Below, one piece after another: positions 25,341 through 35,509 of a DNA stretch of 64,000 nucleotides (within the stretch, counting starts at the first letter, position 1; every line of letters begins with the position of its first letter). The notes below the pieces were generated by a model. That model did no database searches and was not told where the DNA came from. It saw only the letters and a list, made by a program, of their open reading frames with translations. Source of the DNA: an uncultured virus (IMG/VR IMGVR_UViG_3300031687_000005) (lineage: Duplodnaviria > Heunggongvirae > Uroviricota > Caudoviricetes); the IMG/VR virus record IMGVR_UViG_3300031687_000005; one strand, given 5' to 3'. The position numbers were made by a program, and so were the translations under genes.

Positions 25341-25982
25341 ATGGCTACATTAAACGAAATAACATACAACATAAAAAACATAGTCTCTGGAGGTGTTGCT
25401 TCTGATGATTCTGATATATCTAATCGTCAGATTAAGTTTATGGTACATTACCATAGAGCTAATCTATTGATGCAGTATACGGATAACGGAAAGAAGGCTT
25501 CTAATGCTTGTTTTCAAATGGATGTCTTAACTCCCAAGGAGTCAGGAGCTTCCATTAAGGCTGTCGTAGGATTTAACGATAATAGAGGGATTAGGAGTGT
25601 AGCGCACAAAGACGATACGTCCACTGATTCGTTTTATGTTCCTTTACCTATAATACAACATCACGACAGAATGTTCGTGAACAGTTCAAGATTCATATTA
25701 AGTGCAGGAAGTAAGATAGCAACATTATCCGATAGAAAGCTTTACGTATGGGAAGGAGACTCACTTGTTTCTGGAGGTTCTGTAGAGGTTAATGGTATAT
25801 TTTCTAACCCAACAGAGGTTAGTTCTTATGTGAATGATGATACAACTCAATACCCTATACCTGAAGAGTTAATAGCTGTTCTAGTAAAAGAAGTATTAAA
25901 ACAAGAGTTTAGTATCATTGTAACCGTACCATCGAAAGGACCAAACAACCAGGTTGATGAAAACACGACAAAAGGCAAGTAG
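25341..25982 (+). CDS. Putative tail ring protein
   Basis: MATLNEITYNI...SDDSDISNRQIKF...GIFSNP...YPIPEEL, crAss-like ring pattern. Confidence 0.7.
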   Translation: MATLNEITYNIKNIVSGGVASDDSDISNRQIKFMVHYHRANLLMQYTDNGKKASNACFQMDVLTPKESGASIKAVVGFNDNRGIRSVAHKDDTSTDSFYVPLPIIQHHDRMFVNSSRFILSAGSKIATLSDRKLYVWEGDSLVSGGSVEVNGIFSNPTEVSSYVNDDTTQYPIPEELIAVLVKEVLKQEFSIIVTVPSKGPNNQVDENTTKGK

Positions 25983-26403
25983 TAATACTTACAAGAAATA
26001 CAAAGACAAATATGTATCCATTAAGGATATATACAACTCTATAAAGAGTGGCCTAAGAGTTAAGGGGGAGAGAAGTGATAGAGCTATGTCTTATGCTGAG
26101 TATTACTCCATTATGGAGTCTTTCTTAGACAATACGATAGATATAGTAGCTAGACAACAAGAGGTCTTTAAACTGCCTGTAAAGCTAGGTTCTATTTACA
26201 CTAAGAAACTACCTCACAAAAGACCATTTCATGTAAGGTTGGATGTTGAAGCAAGTAAAAGAGAAAATAAGACAGTATTATATAAAGTGCCTATACTTGA
26301 TGATGAGTATGTAAAAGTTATGTGGGATAGGCCTTATAAGTATAATCAATATAAAGTATTGCCCTTAAGGAGATTTAAGGATATAATAAAACAACAAACA
26401 TGA
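25954..26403 (+). CDS. IHF-like protein of the crAss-like tail block
   Basis: Basic; YYSIMESF...FKLPVKLGSIY resembles the IHF/HU fold; synteny between ring genes. Confidence 0.6.
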   Translation: MMKTRQKASSNTYKKYKDKYVSIKDIYNSIKSGLRVKGERSDRAMSYAEYYSIMESFLDNTIDIVARQQEVFKLPVKLGSIYTKKLPHKRPFHVRLDVEASKRENKTVLYKVPILDDEYVKVMWDRPYKYNQYKVLPLRRFKDIIKQQT

Positions 26404-27011
26404 AAGGAAATCCTAGAATAAGTGTTAAACAAGTTGTAGCTGCAGTTATACGTAATTTAGGTATACAAGACGCTGCAAGAGAATTTCATAACTTTGTAGA
26501 GTGGGCTTTTGAGGCAGAGAAGAAAATTGGCTCTTATACCACTTTCGATAAAAAAGTTACCTCATTAGTTATTTCAAGTAAGAAGGCTTTACTTCCTTCG
26601 GACTTTCTTAACATGATAGAAGTAAGAAGCCCCTCAGATGTGTCGGGCTCTTCTTATGACCAGAGTAGAGATATGTATGTGTCAAGTGGTTACTTAAATA
26701 TAGATGTAGCAGACGGAACAACGATAGATGTTCATTATGATGCTATATCAACTGATGAAGAGGGATACCCTACTATATCTTCAGCTCACGAAGATGCTAT
26801 TGCTTCTTATATCATGTATAAATATAAAGGAAGAGAATATTACAATCAAAAACTCCCTAGATATGTTTATCAAGATTTAAAGCAAGAGTGGTCTTTTCAG
26901 TGTGCTCAAGCTAGAGGTAGAGACAATATGCCTACCAAACAGCAGTGGAGGAATATTTCTAAATACTGGAACACTCTTAAGCCTAGTAGTAACGAACATA
27001 AATTGTTTTAA
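26400..27011 (+). CDS. Putative tail ring protein
   Basis: VEWAFEAEKKIG, LPSDF, YDAISTDEEGYPTI, AIASYIMYK. Confidence 0.7.
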   Translation: MKGNPRISVKQVVAAVIRNLGIQDAAREFHNFVEWAFEAEKKIGSYTTFDKKVTSLVISSKKALLPSDFLNMIEVRSPSDVSGSSYDQSRDMYVSSGYLNIDVADGTTIDVHYDAISTDEEGYPTISSAHEDAIASYIMYKYKGREYYNQKLPRYVYQDLKQEWSFQCAQARGRDNMPTKQQWRNISKYWNTLKPSSNEHKLF

Positions 27012-27013
27012 CC

Positions 27014-30000
27014 ATGGCAGAATCTCCTAAAAAACCAAATTCATTCTCAAAAGGAATGATGTCTGATTTAGATGCTAATATATTACCTTCAGATACCTAC
27101 AAGTCAGCAACAAACGCTAGGCTTGTAAGTAGAGAGGATAATTCTTTTATTTTAAAGAACGCTAAAGGTAATTCTTTGTATGATACTTTAACTATAAGCG
27201 AAAAAAAGGTAACTTTTTCTGAGACTGGAATACTATCTAACACTGCAATAGACAACTTAGATGGTCCTTCTGCCTACGGAATTAGAATGTACATAAACGG
27301 GGATGGAGGTTTCATTCAGAAAGTATTTAATTTTTATAGTGGCGATACTGTAGGTTCTTGGGGTGGGGTTCTTGAAGGCATGACTGTTAGTATAAGTTCT
27401 GGTGCTGATATTTTAGTATTAATATATTTATGTGTACAGAAGGCCTTGGCTGATGAAACAGTCTCTGAGGCAATGAATATGTCGTTCAATAACAACTATG
27501 ACGGTTCTGCTTATATAAATTATAGCGACAAAACTTCGGAAGCTATGACCTTAACATTTAAGGCTTATGTTCGTTACACCGATGGTGGTGCAGAGGTTTT
27601 TAGTGACTATCCCATATCTACTGGTAATGGATACTCAGAAGTTTCTTACATTGGAGTGAATTACGAAATTGTAGCGCTGGCTAACTTCTCAGACTACATG
27701 GTGGCGATAACCACATCGAGTGCGGGTAATGGAGGTGATGCAATATTTAAACTCACATCTAACAATGATGGTAGTTTATTGAATAGAGAAATGATTATTC
27801 AGACAGACTTAGGTTTGGTAAGCAAGTCGTCTATTAGGTTGGAGGTGTCTGAAGAGAATGAGCATTTTCATAGGATTTACTGGACAGATGGAGTTAACCC
27901 TCTTAGAACTGTAAATTTAAACGAGAGCGATTCTTATTATTCTAATTTAGTGGCTTCTGATTTAAATGTATTTAAAGCAACTAAAATGGTTAGTCCTACA
28001 GTAACCAGAATAACTTCTGGTGGGAATATTAGCTGTGGCTCTCATTCATATTGCTATAGGTTAGTTACTACAGATGGTAAAACATCAAGAGTGTCTAATA
28101 TAACAAATCCAGTTCAGATATTAAAAACAAGCCCACTCACTTCTTATCACTTATCTTTAGGTGGTAGTTTAGAGACCAACTCTTCTAATGCTGTCCATTT
28201 AACTATTGACAATATTGACCCCTCGTATAACACTATACAGATTATAGATATAACTTACACCTCTGCTGAGGGAGCTATAACTTCAAATATAATTTCAGAA
28301 AGTATAATCAACTCGACTAGCTTTGATTACACACATAACGGTAGTGAGGTTTTAGTCTCAATACCTATAGGTGAGCTACTAAGGAGTCATACTAGTTGGG
28401 ATGTCTGTGCTGATTTAGCTATAAAAGATAATAGATTATTCGCTGCTAATTTAACCAACAATTCAGATTCTATAGATTTAGATTTTAGAGTTAAATCTTA
28501 TAGATACCTTGGAGCTTACAATACTGGAACTGCAGCAACTTACAATGATTCAGAAAATCCTGAAATGCACGAGGATACCATGTACAAGGATGGTGGCTAT
28601 GGGTGGATAAACGCTGTAGATACAGTAAAAGTTCCTGGCGCAGAAACCGTAGGGTTTGATGCAGCTGATGACGGTGTACGAGTTACTTTTGCAACAAAAA
28701 CATTTGACTTAAGTCAGGTTAAGTATTTCGATAATTCTGGAACTGGTGATGATACAGATAGCGCAAGGATAGCCTCTTCTGTTTATGGTCAAGTACCTCA
28801 TCACGGTTATTTAGAAACAACACAAGCAGGTGGTTATAATAACTACAAAAACCCATTATTTACCAAAGACTTTACAGGGTATCAGAGAGGTGAGGTTTAT
28901 AGATTTGGTATTCTGTTCTACGATAAATCTGGTAATCCAGGATTCGTTAGCCCTATAGGGGATATTAGAATGCCTGATGGTACTATGGATTATGTAAGTA
29001 ATGATTCTGCAGGTAATAGGGTAACTCAAAACTCTGACGGTGTTACTACATTTAAGCATGCAGGTAATCTACCAACCAGAAGTTATTCTTGGGCTTTTGA
29101 TGATGCAAGCCCTATATTGAATAAAGTTGGTGGAGGTTCGGGTTTAGCTGTTCATGATGTAGTTACAGGAACTGGAATACCACCACATACGACTATTGTT
29201 AGTATAGCTGGGGATAATGACAGTATAACCGTTTCCAGAAACTCTACATCGGAAGGTACAGCAACTACTTTAACTTTCGACACCACTACAAGTGATGTTA
29301 GCGGGTTTGCTTTATATCCACAATTTAATGTGAAGTTATCGTCTGATACTAGGTCTAAAATAAGCGGATATTCTATAGTTAGGGTGGATAGAAAGCAGAA
29401 AGATAAATCTGTTTTAGGTTCTGGTGTATTAAACCAAACTATCATACACTCAAACGATAGTGCGAACGAATCTCTTAGACATAAGAATGGTAATCATTAC
29501 GGTGATATATATACTGGATACCACGCCCATGAATGCTTGTCTGATTCTGACTTTACTTTTGACACTCCAGAGGTTACTTTAGGGTCGTTACAATACGATA
29601 GAAAGGATGAAGATAAAATAAAGGTAGTAGGTAGACTTGATGCTGGGGCTCAAGAATTGAATGATGAAAGCTTTCCATACGATAATACTATTACGGATAT
29701 GGATAACTTCACTCATTTAAAGCAGAAGATACAATCAACCAGTACTTATACTGGAAATATATTATCTGGTAGATTTAACCCTAACACAAACGACCAACTA
29801 TATACTTATCAATCTTCGCAGAAGGTTATATACAGTCAATTTAAGTCTGGTGTTGTGGATTGTAATTCAGCTTCAGAAAGTCAGAAGATTAATGAAGTAG
29901 AGTACGGAACTATAGTATCTCCAGGTGGAGGTGTAGATAAAGGTAGAATGGGTCATGATGACCACGGGACTGGAAGGGATAACCAAAACTACAGTAATAG

Positions 30001-31762
30001 AGGTAGGTTTAAAAACCTGCAAGGTAGTTTATATAGTGAAGGGTTTTACCACTTTCCTGACTCTTACACTACTAAAAAATATAATAGTGCTTCATCATAT
30101 AATTCTACACTGTTTGGTGTGACTACCTTGTTCGTGACTCTAGGAAAAGAAGTGACAGATAAAATAAGACATAGTCATTTTGGAATAGGAACAGGTAATG
30201 CCTATACTTACAGTCCGTTTGTTTTAAACAGAACCACAGATGGGTTAAGCTATCAACAAGCATGTTATGCAAGTAAGTTATATGTACAACTAAAAAGAGA
30301 TGTTAGATTCACTCAGTACGGAGGTAGTCTCTTATCTAACTATGAATCAAATCAATACATATCTACTGGGCACGTAAACTTTAGTCCACTAGCTAGTAAT
30401 AGCGATTCTGTATTTGGTGGAGATATTTATATAAATATGTATGCCTTAAAAAAGCATATAATAGGTTCTACAACTTATTCTACAATAAAACCCTACCCCT
30501 CTACGGCAATAATATTTCCAGTAGAGTCTAGTGTAAACTTAGATTTAAGAGATGGAGTTTTCTTTGGTTCTACGGATAGTACTGAGCCTACGGTTGAAGA
30601 TAACTTCCTTATAAATTCAACCTACTCATCAAGAAACACTAGTAAGACATTCTTACAAAAACCAGGTAGCTTTAAAAACGTTAACAGTTACAGTAATTTA
30701 GTCGCAGCATCCAACTTAAAGTTAGCTGGTAATCTATTTGATGCCTTCACAACTTGGGATGCTAACGAGATACATGAATTAGACAATAACAAGGGTGCTA
30801 TATATAACCTATTTAGTTTAAGGAATGAGTTATTTGCTATACAGCAGAGTGGGGTATCAAAACTATCTATCAATCCTAGGGTTGTTGTAGATAGCGCAGA
30901 TGCTGCAGCTGTTACTATAGTTACGGGGACAGGTCAAGTTATACAGAGGAGTGATTATATAGAAACTTCTTACGGTAGTCAGCATTTTAATAATATGCTA
31001 GTTACCAACACTTCAGCTTATTGGTACGATAGTAATATGTCTTCCTTATGTAAATTAGTGGTAGGTAAAGGAATTGCCGTCCAAGATTTAGGTATAACAA
31101 CTCAGAACTCAAACATATTTAACGCACTAAAAGACACTCTTATATCGGATAAGCCTTTGGATTTCACTGTTGGAGGTATATGTTTATATCACAATAAAGT
31201 TTATGATGAGGTTGGTATATGTATAACTACTGCAGATAATGATGCAGTTCATGTGGTGTATAGTGAGTTGAACGATGTTATGATTACAAGAAAAGAGGAT
31301 ATAATTTCTATGGCAACCAATATTCCAGGCGAGTTAATTACGATAGGTAGAAATTCATCAGACGAAGTTCAATATTCTTCAAATTTGTGGAGAGAGAATT
31401 CAGGTTCTGATTACCTTACTTTTTATGGAACATCAAATACTAATAGCTTAGACGTTACCTTTGTATGTAATGAGAATGTATATAGCTCTAAGAAATTCGA
31501 TAAACTTGTCATGTATTTATCTGGAAATGAAAACGTAGAAAAATTTACTACATTTACATTTACAGATTCAGTGAGTAACACACCGTTTTCTACTACTGGA
31601 ACTGGAGCGAAAATGTCTAACGGCAAACACATTATACCAATCACAAGTACAGATGGTACATCTAAAGCGACAGGACAACATTTAATTATACAAGCAAAGT
31701 CTACATCTCCAGATTCTATAGAATTATTTGGAGCTTTAATACACAATAGACCAACAAAATGA
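27014..31762 (+). CDS. Tail stabilization/muzzle (nozzle)-like protein
   Basis: FSKGMMSD...YKSATNARL, IYWTDGVNPLRTVN, NRLFAAN, GYQRGEVYRFGILFYD, FGGDIYI, YGSQH. Confidence 0.8.
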   Translation: MAESPKKPNSFSKGMMSDLDANILPSDTYKSATNARLVSREDNSFILKNAKGNSLYDTLTISEKKVTFSETGILSNTAIDNLDGPSAYGIRMYINGDGGFIQKVFNFYSGDTVGSWGGVLEGMTVSISSGADILVLIYLCVQKALADETVSEAMNMSFNNNYDGSAYINYSDKTSEAMTLTFKAYVRYTDGGAEVFSDYPISTGNGYSEVSYIGVNYEIVALANFSDYMVAITTSSAGNGGDAIFKLTSNNDGSLLNREMIIQTDLGLVSKSSIRLEVSEENEHFHRIYWTDGVNPLRTVNLNESDSYYSNLVASDLNVFKATKMVSPTVTRITSGGNISCGSHSYCYRLVTTDGKTSRVSNITNPVQILKTSPLTSYHLSLGGSLETNSSNAVHLTIDNIDPSYNTIQIIDITYTSAEGAITSNIISESIINSTSFDYTHNGSEVLVSIPIGELLRSHTSWDVCADLAIKDNRLFAANLTNNSDSIDLDFRVKSYRYLGAYNTGTAATYNDSENPEMHEDTMYKDGGYGWINAVDTVKVPGAETVGFDAADDGVRVTFATKTFDLSQVKYFDNSGTGDDTDSARIASSVYGQVPHHGYLETTQAGGYNNYKNPLFTKDFTGYQRGEVYRFGILFYDKSGNPGFVSPIGDIRMPDGTMDYVSNDSAGNRVTQNSDGVTTFKHAGNLPTRSYSWAFDDASPILNKVGGGSGLAVHDVVTGTGIPPHTTIVSIAGDNDSITVSRNSTSEGTATTLTFDTTTSDVSGFALYPQFNVKLSSDTRSKISGYSIVRVDRKQKDKSVLGSGVLNQTIIHSNDSANESLRHKNGNHYGDIYTGYHAHECLSDSDFTFDTPEVTLGSLQYDRKDEDKIKVVGRLDAGAQELNDESFPYDNTITDMDNFTHLKQKIQSTSTYTGNILSGRFNPNTNDQLYTYQSSQKVIYSQFKSGVVDCNSASESQKINEVEYGTIVSPGGGVDKGRMGHDDHGTGRDNQNYSNRGRFKNLQGSLYSEGFYHFPDSYTTKKYNSASSYNSTLFGVTTLFVTLGKEVTDKIRHSHFGIGTGNAYTYSPFVLNRTTDGLSYQQACYASKLYVQLKRDVRFTQYGGSLLSNYESNQYISTGHVNFSPLASNSDSVFGGDIYINMYALKKHIIGSTTYSTIKPYPSTAIIFPVESSVNLDLRDGVFFGSTDSTEPTVEDNFLINSTYSSRNTSKTFLQKPGSFKNVNSYSNLVAASNLKLAGNLFDAFTTWDANEIHELDNNKGAIYNLFSLRNELFAIQQSGVSKLSINPRVVVDSADAAAVTIVTGTGQVIQRSDYIETSYGSQHFNNMLVTNTSAYWYDSNMSSLCKLVVGKGIAVQDLGITTQNSNIFNALKDTLISDKPLDFTVGGICLYHNKVYDEVGICITTADNDAVHVVYSELNDVMITRKEDIISMATNIPGELITIGRNSSDEVQYSSNLWRENSGSDYLTFYGTSNTNSLDVTFVCNENVYSSKKFDKLVMYLSGNENVEKFTTFTFTDSVSNTPFSTTGTGAKMSNGKHIIPITSTDGTSKATGQHLIIQAKSTSPDSIELFGALIHNRPTK

Positions 31763-32715
31763 TAAAAAACTTAAACTTAAAGCAAGAGAAAGAGCTAGCT
31801 AATAACTTGTATTATGGAGGTGGCTATACTAAAAAATATTTAGGAGGTGGGGATGTTCCACCTATCTTAACTGCTGAACAACAAGCAGCAGCAGATAGTG
31901 CGGCAGCAGAAAAGAAAGGTAATACTAACGCTCTTATGGGTGCTGGATTAACTGTAGCTAGTTCTGCTGTAGATGCTTTAGATGATGACCCAAAATACGG
32001 AACTGCAGATATAGCATCTTCAACATTGAAATACGCTTCTATGGGTGCAGTCGCTGGGCCTTGGGGTGCGGCTGCTGGAGCTGCTGTAGGACTTGGTGTT
32101 GGTATTGCTCAAAAAGGTAAAGCTGACAAGCAAATAGCTACAGACAAAAGAAACAAAGAGCAAACCGATGGTTATAACGCCTTCATGAAAGACCAGGAAG
32201 AGTTTGCAGGATACAAAGAAGGTGGTACTATAAAGCCTTCTAAGGAAATGGAATACGAACTAGACCCTGCTTACAGAAAGATAAAAGCGAAGTACGATAA
32301 CGAAGCAATTCAAATGAAAAAGATATTGGGCGATGATTTTAAAGACGATTTCTTTAATCAGTTCAATAGTACATACTCTGACAACACTAGAGTGAGTCTT
32401 CCAGATACAGAACGTTTAGAAATGTTTAGAACTAATGTAGAGCAAGATTGGGAGAACATACCTTTGGAAGATAGAAAAACATACATGAACACCTACAAAA
32501 CAGGTGGTATGACTAAAGGTGCTTATAGCCATTCATCCAACCCTCTTACCGTAGTGGATAAGAGTGGTAAGCCTACAGGTATGGAACTTACAGGTGGTGA
32601 GGGAGTATTTGATAAACCTTTCATGGGTAAGGTTAAGAATTTATTGGCTGGCGGCAAATACCAAGAAGCTGGTAAAGCAGTTCAAAATGAAATGACAACT
32701 TGGAAACACAAATAA
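31759..32715 (+). CDS. Putative internal cargo/ejection protein with glycine-zipper helices
   Basis: GAVAGPWGAAAGAAVGLGVG, four YxxGG motifs, GAYSHSSNP...ELTGGE. Confidence 0.65.
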   Translation: MIKNLNLKQEKELANNLYYGGGYTKKYLGGGDVPPILTAEQQAAADSAAAEKKGNTNALMGAGLTVASSAVDALDDDPKYGTADIASSTLKYASMGAVAGPWGAAAGAAVGLGVGIAQKGKADKQIATDKRNKEQTDGYNAFMKDQEEFAGYKEGGTIKPSKEMEYELDPAYRKIKAKYDNEAIQMKKILGDDFKDDFFNQFNSTYSDNTRVSLPDTERLEMFRTNVEQDWENIPLEDRKTYMNTYKTGGMTKGAYSHSSNPLTVVDKSGKPTGMELTGGEGVFDKPFMGKVKNLLAGGKYQEAGKAVQNEMTTWKHK

Positions 32716-32716
32716 G

Positions 32717-35509
32717 ATGGATAAGAAAGAATTATTAAGATTATTAGAACTCCATACTGAAGGTACTGGATTGTTTCCTGAAGTTATGTTAGCTCAAATG
32801 ATGACCGAATCTGGAATGACTAGAAAGTCTAAGGCAGATGGAGGTAAAGGATTGTCTGTGCTTTCTGAAAAATACCACAATTATTCAGGTCAAAAAGCTA
32901 GTGGAGTAACCCTTAAGAACGGAAAAGAAGGTGTTGATTACGTAATCATGGGTACGGAAGAGGACTTCGATTCTGAACAGGAAGCTAAAGATTACTTAAA
33001 AAAAGAGAAAGGTGGTAATCTTAAGGTTGGAGATACTAAAACCGTCAAAAATGATGATGGTACGTATACTGTAACTCTTGGTCAGCCTTTTAGGATATTT
33101 GAAAGTGATGAAGCAGGTGTTACTGGTCATATTAGATTCCTGACAGGCGATGGGTATACTGCTGGACATAAAGCTAATTACAAACAAGTTGTAGAAGCTA
33201 AAACTCCTGAAGCTCAAATTGAGGCATTAAAGTCTTCTGGCTATGCTACTGACCAAAATTATGTAAAAACCCTTACATCTGTACTTAACAATAAGGTTAG
33301 AACTGAGAACCCTCAATACTCTAAGAACCCAGATGTTAAAGCTTCTGCTATTGCTTCTATAGAAGCTGGAGAAGAGGTTGGGACTGAAGAAGAGATTGCT
33401 ACATCTTTAAGTATTACATACGAACCTCAAGTGGCTGGTTGGTCTATGACCTTTGATAAAAAACTAACAAAAGAAGATAAGATTGCTTATTACGATTCTT
33501 ACGGTGGTAAGATGTTCTTAAATGATAGGCTTGGTAATATAGAGGATGGTGGATACGAAAACCAAGGAGTATTTAAGGATGATGACCAAGGGATGATTAT
33601 AGGTTACGGTATAGACTTGAATAGTGTCAATACTGTAGACTTACTAGTTGAACAAGGTGTTCATAGAGCTGACGCTGAGAAGTGGGAGAAGTTAGGTATT
33701 CTAGGTAAGACCAAGTCTGAATTAGAAGATGAAGGTAAGGCTCTTGGGAAATTAAAGCTTAGCGTTAATGTTTCTAGTACTGCAGCATTCAAGAGTGATA
33801 TGTCTATAAGACAATCTATAGCTATAGATAAGAAGCTTGAAAAATACCAAGGTAAAGTGTCTGATGACGTTTACATTGCTTTGGCTAACAACTTACAGGT
33901 TAACGGAGAATCTAGTGAAGATGGTTTTGATTCTGATGATAAATCAGCAAGAGAAGCCCATGCTAGTTCTTTGGTGTATGCTGCCATGGATAAATGGATA
34001 GCAGAGAATCCTGATAAACCAGTCCCTGATAAAGTAGTTCATAAGGTATTTAAATCAAACTCTGATAGTCTTTCGGATAGCGGAGATGAGAATGCAGCTG
34101 ATTCATACTTTGATAATGCGAAAACATTATTTGATAGCTCTTCTGCTGCTAATAATTATCATGTTAGAGAGCCTGTTGTTTCAGATTACGACTATAGCGA
34201 AGATGGTGATGGAGCTACTATTGAAGCTTTACTTAGAAGGCAGACTGCAGGCGAAGAGTTAACAGAGGAAGAAACCGATTACCTATATAATGCTCAGTTA
34301 AATAACCACAAAGTGTTCTATCAAGCTACAGAAGCTGCAAAGAACACTAAAGGGATTATGACTGATGTTGATATAGCTTTAGTTAAAAAGAATGCTAACG
34401 ACCCTGATTCATTAACCCCTAAAGAAAAGAAGGCGCTTGCTGTAATAAATAAAGAAGCTGATGTTCTAGAGAAAGATTTAAACATTGAAGCTACAAACGA
34501 TGCATTGGTTAGGACTGATGAAACTGGAGGTTTAGGTCCTGCTGTTAAAGCAACTGAAGAGACAGCAGAAAGGACTGAGGTTGATACAAGTCTTGTGGCT
34601 GGAGATTCTACAGCTCAAGATGATGCAATGAGGTTAGCTAAGGGTGATGCAGACCACGAAGCTAGAATCAAACAAATGCTTAAAGATACTGACTCTTACA
34701 ATGAGGATGGAACTTTAATTACAGAGGCTCAAGTTAAAGCTAAGCAAGATGCAGAAGACAAATTAAATCAAGATAAGATTGATGCAGCCAAGTCTGAAAA
34801 GAAAGAAGGTCAAATGCGTAAAGCAGAAATGGCCCTAACAGGTTTGAAAGCTGCCGCAGGAATACTATCTTTGTCTCAAGCATTAAGAGCACCAGATGTT
34901 GAAACACCTGAATTAGACCCTTTAATATACGAAGCTTTACAGAAACAAAAAGCATTATCAGAGTCGGGTCTTACGGCTAAGGAAAAGGGAGCTGCAATGC
35001 AGAACATGAATGATGCTTATGCTGGAGCTATGAAGAATGTATTGAGAGCTTCAGGAGGTCAGAGGGGTATGTACTTAGCTAATCAAGGAACTGTAGATGC
35101 ACAGCGCATACAAGGACTTAATCAATTAGCAGCACAAGACGCAGCTCTGCACAGGCAGAACATAAAAGAATACAATGCTTTAGCTACATCTGTAGGTTCT
35201 ATGAAGTTAAATAGAGATATGAACGTAGAGCAAATGAAGCAAGCTACATTAAACAATAACAGACAAATACTTTCTGGAGTTGGTAGTAACTTATTGTCAG
35301 ATGCTATTAGTGATGTATCATATTACATGAACCCTAACAGGAAAGCTACAGAAGATTTAATAAAGAATCTATCTGGAAAGAAGAACGAAGGAGATGGTTA
35401 CGTTAACCCTTTACTGGAACAACCGATTGATACTGCAAACAAAATATCAGACGAACAAAAAGCTATAAATGCAGAGCTTGCTAAGAACGCTAAAGAAACA
35501 AAAGTATAA
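32717..35509 (+). CDS. Cargo/ejection protein with an N-terminal FlgJ-like glucosaminidase (GH73)
   Basis: AQMMTESG, HNYSGQKA, FRIFES, GYATDQNY; helical C-terminus. Confidence 0.8.
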   Translation: MDKKELLRLLELHTEGTGLFPEVMLAQMMTESGMTRKSKADGGKGLSVLSEKYHNYSGQKASGVTLKNGKEGVDYVIMGTEEDFDSEQEAKDYLKKEKGGNLKVGDTKTVKNDDGTYTVTLGQPFRIFESDEAGVTGHIRFLTGDGYTAGHKANYKQVVEAKTPEAQIEALKSSGYATDQNYVKTLTSVLNNKVRTENPQYSKNPDVKASAIASIEAGEEVGTEEEIATSLSITYEPQVAGWSMTFDKKLTKEDKIAYYDSYGGKMFLNDRLGNIEDGGYENQGVFKDDDQGMIIGYGIDLNSVNTVDLLVEQGVHRADAEKWEKLGILGKTKSELEDEGKALGKLKLSVNVSSTAAFKSDMSIRQSIAIDKKLEKYQGKVSDDVYIALANNLQVNGESSEDGFDSDDKSAREAHASSLVYAAMDKWIAENPDKPVPDKVVHKVFKSNSDSLSDSGDENAADSYFDNAKTLFDSSSAANNYHVREPVVSDYDYSEDGDGATIEALLRRQTAGEELTEEETDYLYNAQLNNHKVFYQATEAAKNTKGIMTDVDIALVKKNANDPDSLTPKEKKALAVINKEADVLEKDLNIEATNDALVRTDETGGLGPAVKATEETAERTEVDTSLVAGDSTAQDDAMRLAKGDADHEARIKQMLKDTDSYNEDGTLITEAQVKAKQDAEDKLNQDKIDAAKSEKKEGQMRKAEMALTGLKAAAGILSLSQALRAPDVETPELDPLIYEALQKQKALSESGLTAKEKGAAMQNMNDAYAGAMKNVLRASGGQRGMYLANQGTVDAQRIQGLNQLAAQDAALHRQNIKEYNALATSVGSMKLNRDMNVEQMKQATLNNNRQILSGVGSNLLSDAISDVSYYMNPNRKATEDLIKNLSGKKNEGDGYVNPLLEQPIDTANKISDEQKAINAELAKNAKETKV

